From Deltaproteobacteria bacterium (GTDB taxonomy: Bacteria > Myxococcota_A > Polyangia > Fen-1088): a stretch of 56,119 nucleotides of DNA. Every line of letters begins with the position of its first letter. Position 1 is the first letter of the stretch. Shown here in pieces: positions 1 to 14,754 of this stretch. The notes beneath the pieces are model-generated. The model was not told the origin of the DNA, made no database searches, and saw nothing but the letters and a program-made list of their open reading frames with translations. Location of the stretch: NCBI GenBank assembly GCA_033763315.1, contig JANRKS010000003.1, positions 1-56,119 of the forward strand. The letters are read 5' to 3'. The translations under genes were made by a program, and so were the position numbers.

Positions 1-177
1 CACCGTGCTGCCACCATCAGTGATGCCGCCATCGGCGGCGGCCCCGGCGCCCCCGCTTCCCCCGCCCGCCCCAATCCCGCCCCCACCGCCGCCGCCACGA
101 TCCGCCCCGCATCCCACCAGAAGGCCTACAAGGCCGCCAATCACAAAGAAGAGACGAAAGGACTCCCGTTTACGCAT
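1..177 (-). CDS. Partial lipoprotein (5' end only; runs off the window start)
   Basis: Manual translation MRKRESFRLFFVIGGLVGLLVGC-GADRGGGGG...: basic N-terminus, hydrophobic stretch, lipobox LVGC, Gly-rich linker; GGAG just upstream of the ATG. Not in the ORF track. Confidence 0.7.
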   Translation of the reverse strand, partial: MRKRESFRLFFVIGGLVGLLVGCGADRGGGGGGGIGAGGGSGGAGAAADGGITDGGSTV

Positions 178-316
178 GAGAACTCCAAGGCGAAGCAGGT
201 GCTGGTCCATCCGACAGCGGAAGAACCGAAACGCTAAACAACAAGATATGACTTTAGCTTCGTCTGAATGCGCTTGTTGGAAGAAAACTTCAAAACGATT
301 GCATTTTTCGGCCCGG

Positions 317-886
317 TCACGTGTTCGTCGTCATCAAGTAACCGCCACGTTCCAATGCATGGCGGATCATGCGTCGCAATTCCGCAACGACGCCGTCCAC
401 GCCCATCCACGCCGGATCGATCACGGCAGGTTCGATGCGTCCCACAGCGCGGTTGAGGTCGGCCTCGAACACCGCACGTACGTCTTTGTCGGACAGCACC
501 TTGGCGGCTGTGCGGCCCCGGATGGTTTTCGTGGGCAAGGCGGCGACAAAGCGTCCAAGCGGTTCGTAAAGCGGTCCCAGCAATTCCTCCAATTGGCTCG
601 TTTCTTTGGCGAGCAACAACAAACCGCGAAAGCTTGCCCCTTGCGCCACCACCTGCGCGGCCGCCACCCGCAGCACGAAGGCGTCATCCACGAAGCCCAA
701 GCCCTCGAAGTGGTCGGGGAACATATCGAAGCTATCAAGCGCGTATTGCAAAGCGCCCACCAGCAGCAAACGACCTTCGTGATCGACGCTCTCGTCCTCC
801 AGGGCCGCACGCACTCGCCCCAAATCCAATACAAAGCCATCCGCCAATTTCTGCAACCAACCCAGGGCCGAATTCGTGTCTGACAT
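317..886 (-). CDS. YkvA/DUF1232 family protein
   Basis: Motif DMFPDHFEGLGFVDDAFVL resembles the DUF1232 core; start moved to ATG 886 (MSDTNS), which has GGAGG upstream. Confidence 0.75.
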   Translation of the reverse strand: MSDTNSALGWLQKLADGFVLDLGRVRAALEDESVDHEGRLLLVGALQYALDSFDMFPDHFEGLGFVDDAFVLRVAAAQVVAQGASFRGLLLLAKETSQLEELLGPLYEPLGRFVAALPTKTIRGRTAAKVLSDKDVRAVFEADLNRAVGRIEPAVIDPAWMGVDGVVAELRRMIRHALERGGYLMTTNT

Positions 887-1204
887 TGTCTGCCTCCCCT
901 TGCCGTGATCACGCGGCCACCCGTGGCCGCGGCCCAAAACTAACACGCGGCAAAGCCATCGAACCAAGATTTGCAGGTGGCGCGCGGCGCCCGTGGGCCC
1001 TGGTGACGGCGACGTAAACGAGGCTGATCCGCGCGATGGCCCCTGCGTTGCCAGCGGTGGCGGCCGCAGCCGCCGCCGGCGCCCCACATGTGTGCTCAAA
1101 AAACTTCGCGGTCTTAAGCGCCGACAAAACCTGACGATTGCACTTCTTAAGCGCACGGCACGCTGACCAGGATTCCAGTGAACGCAAGACAGCGGCAAGA
1201 GACC

Positions 1205-2203
1205 ATGACCCTTCCCAACGCCTCGGATAGCGATACCGAGGAGCGTCCGGCGCCGCCTGGCGACACGCAAAGTGTCCTGCCCGCCTTCGACATCTCGGTG
1301 GACGCCTTGCTGCCACCGGTTCCCGTTGTCGAAAAAACCACGAGTCTGGGTGGCCCGCTGGAAGACCCCGGTCTGCCGCGCGATCCACGTTTGATTATTC
1401 TATCTGGCGGTCACGAAAACGACATCCTCACGATTCCGAAGGATCGCCCGTTCGTGATCGGACGCGCCGAAGGCTGTGATCTCACGCTGGACGATGAAGG
1501 CGTGTCTCGCCGCCATGCCCAAGTGACACTCACGCCCGACGGATGCCTGCTGGAAGACTTGGGCAGCCGCAACGGCGTCTTTATCGGCAATCAAAAGGTG
1601 CAGCACCACCGCCTCATGCCCGACGACATCATCCGCGTCGGCGTGCAGACCATCATCAAGTTTTCGATGATGGATCCTTTGGAAGAGGAATACCAACGGC
1701 GGCTGTTGCAAGCGGCGTTGCGTGATTCGCTCACGGGCCTTTACAACCGCCGGCATTTCGACGAGCGTCTCACCGCTGAATCCGCCGCTTGCCGACGGCA
1801 CGGCCGATTGTTGTCGCTGGCGATCTTCGACATCGACAATTTCAAACAGCTCAACGACAAATACGGTCACAGCGTGGGTGACGAAGCGCTGCGCGAAGTG
1901 GCGCGCGGCCTTAGCCATCAGGCGCGCAAAGAAGATTCAATCTTCCGTTATGGCGGTGAAGAGTTCTGCATCCTGTTCCGTGAAACCGGCATCGAAGGTG
2001 CCATCAAAGCCACCGAACGACGCCGCGAACACATCGAGCGCAGCACCGTGCGCTTTATGGGCAAAGAGCTGCACCTGACCGTCAGCGCGGGCGTGGCCGA
2101 GTGGAAGCCTGACGACGACGAGATCAGCTTGCTCAAGCGCGCCGATCGTGCGCTTTACGAAGCCAAGCACCTTGGCAAAAACCGCGTGCGTATCGCGCCG
2201 TAG
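1205..2203 (+). CDS. FHA domain-GGDEF diguanylate cyclase
   Basis: FHA motifs IGR..CD, VSRRHA, DLGSRNGVF; GGDEF domain with DSLTGLYNRR, DIDNFKQLNDKYGH and RYGGEEF. Confidence 0.92.
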   Translation: MTLPNASDSDTEERPAPPGDTQSVLPAFDISVDALLPPVPVVEKTTSLGGPLEDPGLPRDPRLIILSGGHENDILTIPKDRPFVIGRAEGCDLTLDDEGVSRRHAQVTLTPDGCLLEDLGSRNGVFIGNQKVQHHRLMPDDIIRVGVQTIIKFSMMDPLEEEYQRRLLQAALRDSLTGLYNRRHFDERLTAESAACRRHGRLLSLAIFDIDNFKQLNDKYGHSVGDEALREVARGLSHQARKEDSIFRYGGEEFCILFRETGIEGAIKATERRREHIERSTVRFMGKELHLTVSAGVAEWKPDDDEISLLKRADRALYEAKHLGKNRVRIAP

Positions 2204-2316
2204 TTTTTTTGACCGCCCCGAGCGGCTGCACGGGTCTTAAGGTTGTTCACGCGCCGCTGGCCAGCTGTGCAATCCCCAAACCTCGACGCCCTTTGCGTTG
2301 CTGTGGAGCCATTGCC

Positions 2317-3056
2317 ATGCCATTTGAAGCTGTGCTTTCGCGAGGCGCGGATCGCGCGCAAACGCAACGATTCAAGCAAACGCTGTTGTTGGCTTTCGTT
2401 GCACACGCCATGCTGTTTTGCGGGGTCGCCCTGCGTGGCGGCTGGCACGTGGAAGAGTTAACGGCGCCCGTGCGCCCATTAATGCTGATGCAACCGCCGC
2501 GCATCCAATCCGCCCCGCCCGCGGCGGCGCCTCCTGGGCCCAGCGAGGCGCGCCCCGCGCAGCGGCGAAAGCAGGACACGCCTCACGTTCCTGTGGTTTC
2601 AGATCCGCCACGGCAGCAAGAGTCGTTGCCATCGAGCGCGTCCTCCAGCCCCGCCCCCTCCGCCAGCGTCGTTGACCTTGGCAGCAACAGCACTGACGAT
2701 GGTTCTGACGGAGCCTCAGGCGCGGCCCGCAATGGCTCGGGACACGAAGGCACCGGATCCGGCGCCGCGGTTGCTGTTGTGCCGCCCAAGGTAGGCGCGC
2801 AGCGCTGCCTGGACTGCCCCCTGCCGCAGTTGCCGCCCGCGTTTCTGCATGTGGTTTCGAAGGCGACGTTGGTGTGCAAGATCTGTGTGAATAAGGCGGG
2901 CCACGTCTCGTCAGTTGACGTGCGCCAAGGCCTCTCCACAGCGCTGGACGCCCAGGTGGTCAACGCCGTTTCCGCGTGGCGCTTCGCCCCCATCACGATC
3001 AACGACAACCCGGTGCCCTTCTGTTATCCCGCCGTATTCGTTTGGCAAAGCGTTCC

Positions 3057-3060
<4 letters not shown>
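2317..3060 (+). CDS. TonB-family energy transducer-like protein
   Basis: N-terminal TM helix with His (AFVAHAML), Pro/Ser/Gly-rich linker, C-terminal TonB_C-like segment ([10 protein letters not shown]...[16 protein letters not shown]); GGAG RBS before ATG 2317. Confidence 0.75.
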
Positions 3061-5255
<2,195 letters not shown>

Positions 5256-5426
5256 CCGCGCCGTGCGTGCCGCCGGGTTAATTCCGAAACTCACCGTTAA
5301 CCACCCGCCCTTCTGAGGCCGGGACCAGCCCGATGCGATGTAAGTCTGCGTCCGCCCTGCAAAAACCGCCCCAAGTTCGGGCCGATTGCGCACTTTGCTA
5401 TTGGCTTTTGCGGTCTGCGACGCTAG

Positions 5427-7585
<2,159 letters not shown>

Positions 7586-7587
7586 TC

Positions 7588-8457
7588 ATGTCGGTATTGG
7601 TTGGCAAAAATACGAAGGTTATCGTTCAAGGTCTCACGGGCTCGGCGGGCACCTTCCACGCCAAGCAAATGCGCGAGTACGGCACCCAGGTTGTGGGTGG
7701 CGTCACGCCAGGCAAAGGTGGCCTCGTTCACGAAGGCTTCCCTGTGTTCGACACGGTGGCGCAAGCCGTAGAGAAAACGGGCGCCAACGCTTCTGTTATC
7801 TACGTGCCGCCCCCCGGTGCCGCAGACGCCATCGTGGAAGCGGCGTTCGCCGGCATCCCGCTGGTCATCTGCATCACCGAAGGCATTCCCACGCTCGACA
7901 TGGTGAAGGCCAAGCGCGCGCTGGAATCATTCCCCAACACCCGTTTGGTGGGCCCCAACTGCCCCGGCGTCATCACGCCTGGCCAGTGCAAGATCGGCAT
8001 CATGCCGGGCTACATCCACACCCCGGGCAAAGTGGGCGTGGTGTCGCGTTCGGGCACGTTGACCTACGAAGCCGCTCACCAGTTGACGGGCTTGGGCCTG
8101 GGTCAAACCACCTGCATCGGCATCGGTGGCGATCCTGTCAAAGGCATGGACTTCATCGACGCGCTCAAACTGTTTGAGTCTGATCCCGACACGAAGGCCG
8201 TGTTGATGATCGGCGAAATCGGCGGCGCTTCGGAAGAAGAGGCAGCCGCATTCGTGAAGCAAAACATGTCGAAGCCGGTGGCGGGTTTCATCGCTGGCGT
8301 CACGGCACCTCCGGGCCGCCGCATGGGCCACGCGGGCGCCATCATCAGCGGAGGCAAGGGCGGCGCAGGCGACAAGATCGCGGCGATGCTTGAAGCCGGA
8401 ATCAAAGTGGCAGCCACGCCCGCCGAACTCGGCAAAACTGTGGCAGCGCTGTTCTAA
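7588..8457 (+). CDS. sucD: Succinyl-CoA synthetase alpha subunit
   Basis: [26 protein letters not shown] (phospho-His). Confidence 0.98.
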   Translation: MSVLVGKNTKVIVQGLTGSAGTFHAKQMREYGTQVVGGVTPGKGGLVHEGFPVFDTVAQAVEKTGANASVIYVPPPGAADAIVEAAFAGIPLVICITEGIPTLDMVKAKRALESFPNTRLVGPNCPGVITPGQCKIGIMPGYIHTPGKVGVVSRSGTLTYEAAHQLTGLGLGQTTCIGIGGDPVKGMDFIDALKLFESDPDTKAVLMIGEIGGASEEEAAAFVKQNMSKPVAGFIAGVTAPPGRRMGHAGAIISGGKGGAGDKIAAMLEAGIKVAATPAELGKTVAALF

Positions 8458-8487
8458 TCAATCGTTCCGTTTCTTAGAGGTACTTGT

Positions 8488-8910
8488 ATGTCCATCGAAC
8501 GCACTTTCGGCATCATCAAACCGGACGCCGTGGCCAACGGCTCCACCGGCGGGATCTTAGCCATGATTGAGAAAGCAGGCTTCAAGCTGCTTTCCTTGCG
8601 CATGACGCGCATGACGAACACGGAAGCCGCTGGCTTCTATGCGGTTCATAAGGCCCGCCCCTTCTTCAACGACTTGATCAGTTTCATGACGTCGGGCCCG
8701 TGCGTGCTTATGGCGCTCGAAGCTGAAAACGCCATCACCAAATACCGAGAGCTCATGGGCCCCACGGATGCCGCCAAGGCCCCGGAAGGCACCATTCGCC
8801 ACGCCTTTGGCACCAACATCGAGAAGAACGCAGTGCACGGCAGCGACGGCCCCGACACCGCCAAGTTTGAGTTGGGTTGGTTCTTCCGCGGCTCCGATCT
8901 GGGCCTGTAA
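8488..8910 (+). CDS. ndk: Nucleoside diphosphate kinase
   Basis: ERTFGIIKPDAV, FMTSGP, NAVHGSD. Confidence 0.98.
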   Translation: MSIERTFGIIKPDAVANGSTGGILAMIEKAGFKLLSLRMTRMTNTEAAGFYAVHKARPFFNDLISFMTSGPCVLMALEAENAITKYRELMGPTDAAKAPEGTIRHAFGTNIEKNAVHGSDGPDTAKFELGWFFRGSDLGL

Positions 8911-8946
8911 GCGATCACCAATCACGTTCGCCGCATTTGCAGCGGC

Positions 8947-8991
8947 AAATAAAAACGGCGCCCCACTTCTGGTTGGGCGCCGTTCTTATTT
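8947..8991. terminator. Probable bidirectional intrinsic terminator
   Basis: AAATAAAAACGGCGCCC-loop-GGGCGCCGTTCTTATTT inverted repeat with A and T flanks, between convergent ndk and the Cys-rich gene. Confidence 0.75.
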
Positions 8992-9023
8992 GGCCGCCCC
9001 GCAGGGCGGCCTCTTGTCATGAA

Positions 9024-12000
9024 CTAAAGGATGATCAGCTCAGTGCAGGTGTTCGTGCATTGGTTGCCACCGTCACACGCTTCTTTGTCGGTTTGAATGC
9101 GGCCATCACCGCAGAACGGAGCGATCGTGCATGAGGTGGAGCACTTGTTCGGGCCGTAAGGCGTCTTCTCATTGCCCGAGCCCTTGTCGCATTCTTCAGG
9201 ACCGCTCTTCATGCCGTCGCCGCAGTAGCCCGCCAACGTGCAGTTCGCGTTGCATGTGCCGTAACTGCCGTCGTTCTTGCCGTCATCGCACTGCTCGCCG
9301 CTTTCCTTGATGCCGTTGCCACACCGGTTGCGGCAACGGATGTCGCAGCCACTGTCAGCGGTACCGTTGCTGCCGCCCTTATCGCATTGCTCAGGCGCTT
9401 GGATGATGCCGTCACCACACGAAGGCAGCGGAATGTAAGCCTTGCAATCAGTGGCGCACGATCCCGGCTGGCCGCTGTTCACCCCATCATCGCAAACTTC
9501 GTTGAAGCTGGAATCAACGGCTTTGTCTCCGCAGTAAGGTGCCGGCTTGCACGCCACAGAGCAGATGTTCTTGCCGTAGGCCATCGACATGTTGGATGCA
9601 CCCTTGTCACAAACCTCGCCCGCCGTGTCTTGAACCACCATATCGCCGCAGCGTGGCCCAAGCACGCAGCCGGGTGCGCACTGGCCATAGGTGCCGTCGT
9701 TCTTGCCATCGTCACACACCTCAGGGCCATTCTTGAAGCCATCGCCACACCGAGGCCCAAGCTTGCACGTGGGCTGGCAAGCGCCGTACGCGCCCGTGTT
9801 TTTCGCTGCCCCCTCGTCACACTGCTCGCCCGCATCCAACACGCCGTTGCCACATTTCAGCGTACACATACCCGTGCACAAGCTGCTCGAGGTGCCGTTC
9901 TTGCCAGCGCCGTCATCGCACTTCTCGCCGTCGGTGATGATGCCATCGCCGCAACGAGGCCCAAGCTGGCAGCTGCCCCCGCAGCGGTTGTAGCCCGTGC
10001 CATTGCTCATCCCCTCGTCGCACGCTTCACCATTGGCGCCGTCCACCTTGCTGTCTCCGCAGTAAGGCGCAAACACGCAGCCTGGTGCGCACATCTTCGC
10101 GCTGCCACCATAAGTCGAGCTGTTGAGGCCGTTGTCGCACTGTTCGTTGCCGTTGACGATGGCGTCTCCGCAACGGGCGGAGAACGTGCAGTTTGCATTG
10201 CAGGTGCCGTAGGCGCCCGTGTTCTTGGCGGTGCCCAAGTCGCATGCCTCGTTCGGCGTCACGATGCCGTCGCCACACACGGGCGTGCACGTGCTCTTGG
10301 CGGAGACGAAGCCTTTCAAGGTCAGGTTGAAGTTGGATTCGCCCGTGTGGCGCTCGGCGTGGAACAGCACGAACTCGTAGATGTTGCCGGCCACCAAGCC
10401 AAGTTCTGTGGCCTTCGCTGCATCCAACACAACCGTACGCTCGCGTCGTGGGTGCAAACCGCCCAAGTCCAGAGCCAGCTTGCGGTTGATGAACACCCAG
10501 ACGTCGTCGTCGCCCGAGAACGTCAGGCTCTCGCCACCATCGAAGGTGAACCACCAACGGAACTCGCTGGTGAAGCCGAAGTTATGGTTCGACGCTGTGC
10601 CTTCTCTGTTCTGAGCCACCCAGCCCTGCCCGTCCAAGGGGAACAGCTGGCGACCGGGATCTTTGGCGCCATTGATGACAGGGAAGAAGTAGGAATTGTC
10701 TGGCTGCTTCACCAGCGGCAATTTCGTGAGCACTGGCACGTTGACGCCCGGCACATCGCGGTACCACTGGTCGAAATCAGCCTTGGTCGTCATTTGGCGA
10801 CCGTAAGGGCAGCTCATGTTGGCGGCGTTGTCGCAACGGTTGTTGTAAACGGGCTTGCCATCGGCACCAAGGGTCGACTGCACCAGTTCTAAGGTCGCGT
10901 CACTGCCCGAGATCCCATCCTCGAAATTCGGGTGCCGCGTGGCCCCGTTGATGGGGAACGCCACCATGTCGCGGAACAAGATGGGGATCTCCAACGTGTC
11001 AGGCAACACGCCCGTCATGGCTTGGCAGGCGTAACCCGCTTCGATCTTGCACGTGGACGAACAACCATCGCCGTTGCGGCTGTTGCCGTCGTCGCACTGT
11101 TCATTGTCGGTGGCCAAGATCAAACCATCGCCGCAACGTGAGTTGCAAGGACCGCCAGCCGTGGGGCACGACGGCTCGATTTGGCAGTAAGGCGTGCAGC
11201 CATCGCCCACCACGTTGTTGCCATCGTCGCAAGCTTCAGAGCCTTCCTTCATGCCGTTGCCGCACGTGGTGCGCACACACTTTACGCCCACGGTCGGGCA
11301 CACCCAACCGCTGCCAGAGTCATCGGGTGGTTCAAGCGTACAGCTTGCCGAGCAGCCATCGTTGGCCATGCTGTTGCCGTCGTCGCACACCTCAGCGCCG
11401 GCGATGATCTTGTCACCACACATCGCCGCGCGGCAGGTGCTGCCTTGCGGGCACACATAGCCAGATTCAAGTTGGCACGTGGCCGAACAACCATCCTTCG
11501 CCACCACGTTGCCGTCGTCGCATGTCTCGGCGCCTGTCACACGGCCATCGCCGCACTTGACGGTCGAAACACACAACATGCCCGGCTCAGGGCAAACGTA
11601 GTTCGCTTCGATTTTGCACGTTGAACTGCAACCGTCGTTGCTGGCCACGTTCTTGTCGTCACACTGTTCGCCGCTGGCGATGCTCAACTTACCGTCGCCA
11701 CACTTTTCCACCAGCTTGCAAGCGGCGCCCGCCATGTCGCAGGTGTAACCAGGCTCCACTTTGCAATCCGTCGTGCAGCCGTCGTTGGCCGATGTGTTCC
11801 CATCGTCACAGTATTCACCGTATGACAAACGCCCATCGCCGCATTTTGGCATCGGCACGGCTTGGCACATGCCGCCCACGCCTTGGGCTGTGGGGCACGT
11901 GAAGCCTGGCTCCACAGATTTACAATCGGCGGCGCAACCATCGTTGGCGGCCTTGTTGCCATCATCACAAGCTTCGTCGGCCATCACTTTTCCGTCGCCG

Positions 12001-12830
12001 CAGATGATCGTGGTGACACACGGCTTGCCCACCATCGGGCAGGCGAAGAAAGCTTCAAGCTTACAGGTGCCTGTGCAGCCATCACCGGGCGCCGTGTTGG
12101 CGTCGTCGCATTGCTCGTTTGAATCAAGCTTGCCGTCGCCACAAACTTCGTCTTTCACACACGGCATGCCAGGTGTGCCGCAGGTAAAGCCTCCTTCGCG
12201 CTGACAGGTCGCAGAACAACCGTCGAACGAAACCTGGTTATTGTCGTCACACGTCTCGCCTTGGTTCACAACGCCGTCCCCACAACGCGCGGTGATGACA
12301 GCCTTGCACGGTTGGCCAGGTGTCTCGCAGGCAAACCCCTGCTCCACAGTACATTGCGACGAACAACCATCGGCGTTGGCCGTGTTGCCGTCGTCGCACG
12401 CTTCGCCACCCGTGATCTTCTTATCACCACAAACAACGGTGCTCACGCACGCTTGGCCCGCCGTGGGGCAGGCAAAGTTTGGTTCAACACGGCACAAACC
12501 CGAACAGCCATCACCGGGAACCGCGTTGTTGTCGTCACATTCTTCGGCGTTATCCACCTTGCCGTTGCCGCAAGTGGTGCCGCCGTCGCCCGAACCAATC
12601 GGCACGTCGCCGAGGCTCCCGTCCTGCGGCACAGGGCCCGCTTCAGGCAACTCAAACATGAAGCCACCTGAGCCTCCCATGCCTGCCGCATCCTCATCGT
12701 CAGGCTCGACCGCAGCGTCAGCGCCTGTGACGTCGACCAAGACGCGCGTTTGGCACGCTGTGAGCGCCAAGAGGGGCAGCACCCATTGGCAGCGAAAATA
12801 CCGCGATTTAAGACAGGATAGGTTAAACAT
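9024..12830 (-). CDS. Large lipoprotein with Myxococcus Cys-rich (DUF4215-type) repeats and a central fibro-slime/PA14-like domain
   Basis: Lipobox LTAC; about 23 CG(D/N)x...E.CD.G repeats; central HNFGFTSEFR...FSGDDDVWVFIN..LALDLGGLH...FHAERHTGESNF. Start taken at ATG 12830 (uncertain). Confidence 0.88.
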   Translation of the reverse strand: MFNLSCLKSRYFRCQWVLPLLALTACQTRVLVDVTGADAAVEPDDEDAAGMGGSGGFMFELPEAGPVPQDGSLGDVPIGSGDGGTTCGNGKVDNAEECDDNNAVPGDGCSGLCRVEPNFACPTAGQACVSTVVCGDKKITGGEACDDGNTANADGCSSQCTVEQGFACETPGQPCKAVITARCGDGVVNQGETCDDNNQVSFDGCSATCQREGGFTCGTPGMPCVKDEVCGDGKLDSNEQCDDANTAPGDGCTGTCKLEAFFACPMVGKPCVTTIICGDGKVMADEACDDGNKAANDGCAADCKSVEPGFTCPTAQGVGGMCQAVPMPKCGDGRLSYGEYCDDGNTSANDGCTTDCKVEPGYTCDMAGAACKLVEKCGDGKLSIASGEQCDDKNVASNDGCSSTCKIEANYVCPEPGMLCVSTVKCGDGRVTGAETCDDGNVVAKDGCSATCQLESGYVCPQGSTCRAAMCGDKIIAGAEVCDDGNSMANDGCSASCTLEPPDDSGSGWVCPTVGVKCVRTTCGNGMKEGSEACDDGNNVVGDGCTPYCQIEPSCPTAGGPCNSRCGDGLILATDNEQCDDGNSRNGDGCSSTCKIEAGYACQAMTGVLPDTLEIPILFRDMVAFPINGATRHPNFEDGISGSDATLELVQSTLGADGKPVYNNRCDNAANMSCPYGRQMTTKADFDQWYRDVPGVNVPVLTKLPLVKQPDNSYFFPVINGAKDPGRQLFPLDGQGWVAQNREGTASNHNFGFTSEFRWWFTFDGGESLTFSGDDDVWVFINRKLALDLGGLHPRRERTVVLDAAKATELGLVAGNIYEFVLFHAERHTGESNFNLTLKGFVSAKSTCTPVCGDGIVTPNEACDLGTAKNTGAYGTCNANCTFSARCGDAIVNGNEQCDNGLNSSTYGGSAKMCAPGCVFAPYCGDSKVDGANGEACDEGMSNGTGYNRCGGSCQLGPRCGDGIITDGEKCDDGAGKNGTSSSLCTGMCTLKCGNGVLDAGEQCDEGAAKNTGAYGACQPTCKLGPRCGDGFKNGPEVCDDGKNDGTYGQCAPGCVLGPRCGDMVVQDTAGEVCDKGASNMSMAYGKNICSVACKPAPYCGDKAVDSSFNEVCDDGVNSGQPGSCATDCKAYIPLPSCGDGIIQAPEQCDKGGSNGTADSGCDIRCRNRCGNGIKESGEQCDDGKNDGSYGTCNANCTLAGYCGDGMKSGPEECDKGSGNEKTPYGPNKCSTSCTIAPFCGDGRIQTDKEACDGGNQCTNTCTELIIL

Positions 12831-12937
12831 GCTCAAGATACTACCGCTGGCGTTGTGTACGCTCCAAGACAAATGCAAAGACTTGAGGTCAAGATTTTGC
12901 AAAGCGGCGCGTGGCATCCACAAGCGGCCTGGCGCTT

Positions 12938-14068
12938 ATGACCGTGCTACAACTTCGCACCTTGGATCTTCGTGGCTTTTCCCCGGCTGAGCTCAAAGAA
13001 CGCGTCGTAGCGCTAGGGCATCCTGCGTACCGCGCGGAGCAGGTGTTCCGTTGGCTGCATGGGCCGGGCGCCGGCGGCATGGGTGCGGTTAAAGATCCTT
13101 CCGCGCCTTGTAACGTTCCGGCCGCGCTGCGTGACACCTTGGCAAACGACGCGGCGCCGGTGGCCTTGCGCCTTGACGTGGAACAAAAGGCGGCCGACGG
13201 CACCCGCAAGTTTGCGTTCCTCACCCACGAGGGGCGCTCGATCGAAGCGGTGTTGATCCCCGACGACAACAAAGAACGTGACCGCCTCACGCTTTGCATC
13301 TCGTCTCAGGTGGGTTGCGCCATCGATTGTAAGTTCTGCGCCACAGCCACGTTGGGCTTCGGCCGGCACCTGACCGCCGGCGAGATCGTCTCCCAGGTTT
13401 ACTGGGCCACGGAGATTGGCGGCCGCCGCCCCACAAACATCGTGTTTATGGGCATGGGCGAGCCGCTGCACAACTTCGACAACGTGCGGCGCGCGTTCGA
13501 ATTGCTTTGCCACCCCTGGGGTGCCGCCTTTTCGCCACGTCGAGTTACAATTTCAACGTCCGGTTTGGTCAATGGCATAGAAAAACTCTCGGCCCTCGAA
13601 CCGGTACCCAACCTGGCCATCTCGCTGAACGCCTCATCCGATGAAGTGCGCGATCAGATCATGCCCATCAATAAGAAGTGGCCTATTGCCGCCTTGATGC
13701 AGGCGGTGAAGGCGTTTCCGCTGGGTCACGGCCGTAAAGTAACGTTCGAATACGTGATGCTTGCGGGGGTCAACGATTCTGATGTCGATGCCGACCGGCT
13801 TGGCAAGTTGGTGTCGAGCGTGCCGTGCATGGTGAACTTGATTCCTTGGAATCCCTTCAACGGCCCGAAATTTCAGCGCCCCAGCACAGAACGCGTGTTG
13901 GCGTTTCAGGCACGCGTGCGCGCCAAGGGCGTGCCCGTTTACGTGCGCATTCCGCGTGGCGACGACATCGATGCGGCCTGCGGCCAATTGGCGGCCCGCG
14001 CCCCCGCCCCGCCCAAGGACGTCGACGTATCGCTGTTGCGTGCGCTGCGCACGCCGGCTGCACCGTAA
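12938..14068 (+). CDS. rlmN: 23S rRNA m2A2503 / tRNA A37 methyltransferase RlmN
   Basis: TLCISSQVGCAIDCKFCAT, NIVFMGMGEPLHN, DIDAACGQL. Confidence 0.95.
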   Translation: MTVLQLRTLDLRGFSPAELKERVVALGHPAYRAEQVFRWLHGPGAGGMGAVKDPSAPCNVPAALRDTLANDAAPVALRLDVEQKAADGTRKFAFLTHEGRSIEAVLIPDDNKERDRLTLCISSQVGCAIDCKFCATATLGFGRHLTAGEIVSQVYWATEIGGRRPTNIVFMGMGEPLHNFDNVRRAFELLCHPWGAAFSPRRVTISTSGLVNGIEKLSALEPVPNLAISLNASSDEVRDQIMPINKKWPIAALMQAVKAFPLGHGRKVTFEYVMLAGVNDSDVDADRLGKLVSSVPCMVNLIPWNPFNGPKFQRPSTERVLAFQARVRAKGVPVYVRIPRGDDIDAACGQLAARAPAPPKDVDVSLLRALRTPAAP

Positions 14069-14084
14069 CCGCCCGCGATCCGTT

Positions 14085-14654
14085 ATGGCCCCGTCGCCAG
14101 GCTCTCAGAACGACTTGCTCGCCGCGCGCACGTTGGGCATGGAAACCTGTGGCCGGATCGCCGCCTTCTGGGGCTTCACGCGCACCATGGGCCGCGCCTT
14201 CGGCCTTCTTTATTTGTCCCCGCAGCCGCTGTCGCGCGCCGACGTGCAAGAGCAACTTCACATTTCTGTCGGCAGCGCTTCGATGACGCTTTCAGCCCTG
14301 GTTCGCTGGGGCGTGGTGAAGAAGGTGCGTGAAGAAGGCAAGCGCCTGGATCTCTACGAAGCCGAGACTGACTTTTGGAAAGTGATCTCCGGCGTCCTCA
14401 ACGAGCGCGAACGCAAAGAGATCCGCGCCGCCTCAGGCCTCGTGGAAAAGGCATGTCACCACGCGCGTGCCGCGAAAAAACAGGCAAAGAGCACCGCAAA
14501 GCAAGAAGCGGGCGTGATGCTGGATCGCTTGGAACAGCTGGCTGCCGTGTGCAGCGTGGGCGAAACCATGCTCGATATGCTGCTCGGCAACACCGACCTC
14601 GACCTGAGCGCGTTTCGCGACGCCCTCGCCGCGCCAAGCTCAAAGCCCCCCTGA
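14085..14654 (+). CDS. GbsR/MarR family transcriptional regulator
   Basis: FWGFTRTMGRAFGLLYLSPQPLS...LHISVGSASMTLSALVRWGVV winged-HTH pattern. Confidence 0.82.
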   Translation: MAPSPGSQNDLLAARTLGMETCGRIAAFWGFTRTMGRAFGLLYLSPQPLSRADVQEQLHISVGSASMTLSALVRWGVVKKVREEGKRLDLYEAETDFWKVISGVLNERERKEIRAASGLVEKACHHARAAKKQAKSTAKQEAGVMLDRLEQLAAVCSVGETMLDMLLGNTDLDLSAFRDALAAPSSKPP

Positions 14655-14754
14655 ACAACGCCCGCTGAAGTGAGCGCATCGATGCCGATTGTTGGCGCCG
14701 GCGCAGCCCCTGCTGAACACGGGTTCACCGTTTCAGGTTTTACCCAACCAGTCG

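Noticed and set aside
5-883. 292-aa Pro-rich plus-strand ORF
   Set aside because: Antisense shadow of the Gly-rich lipoprotein and DUF1232 genes, which have RBSs and recognisable motifs.
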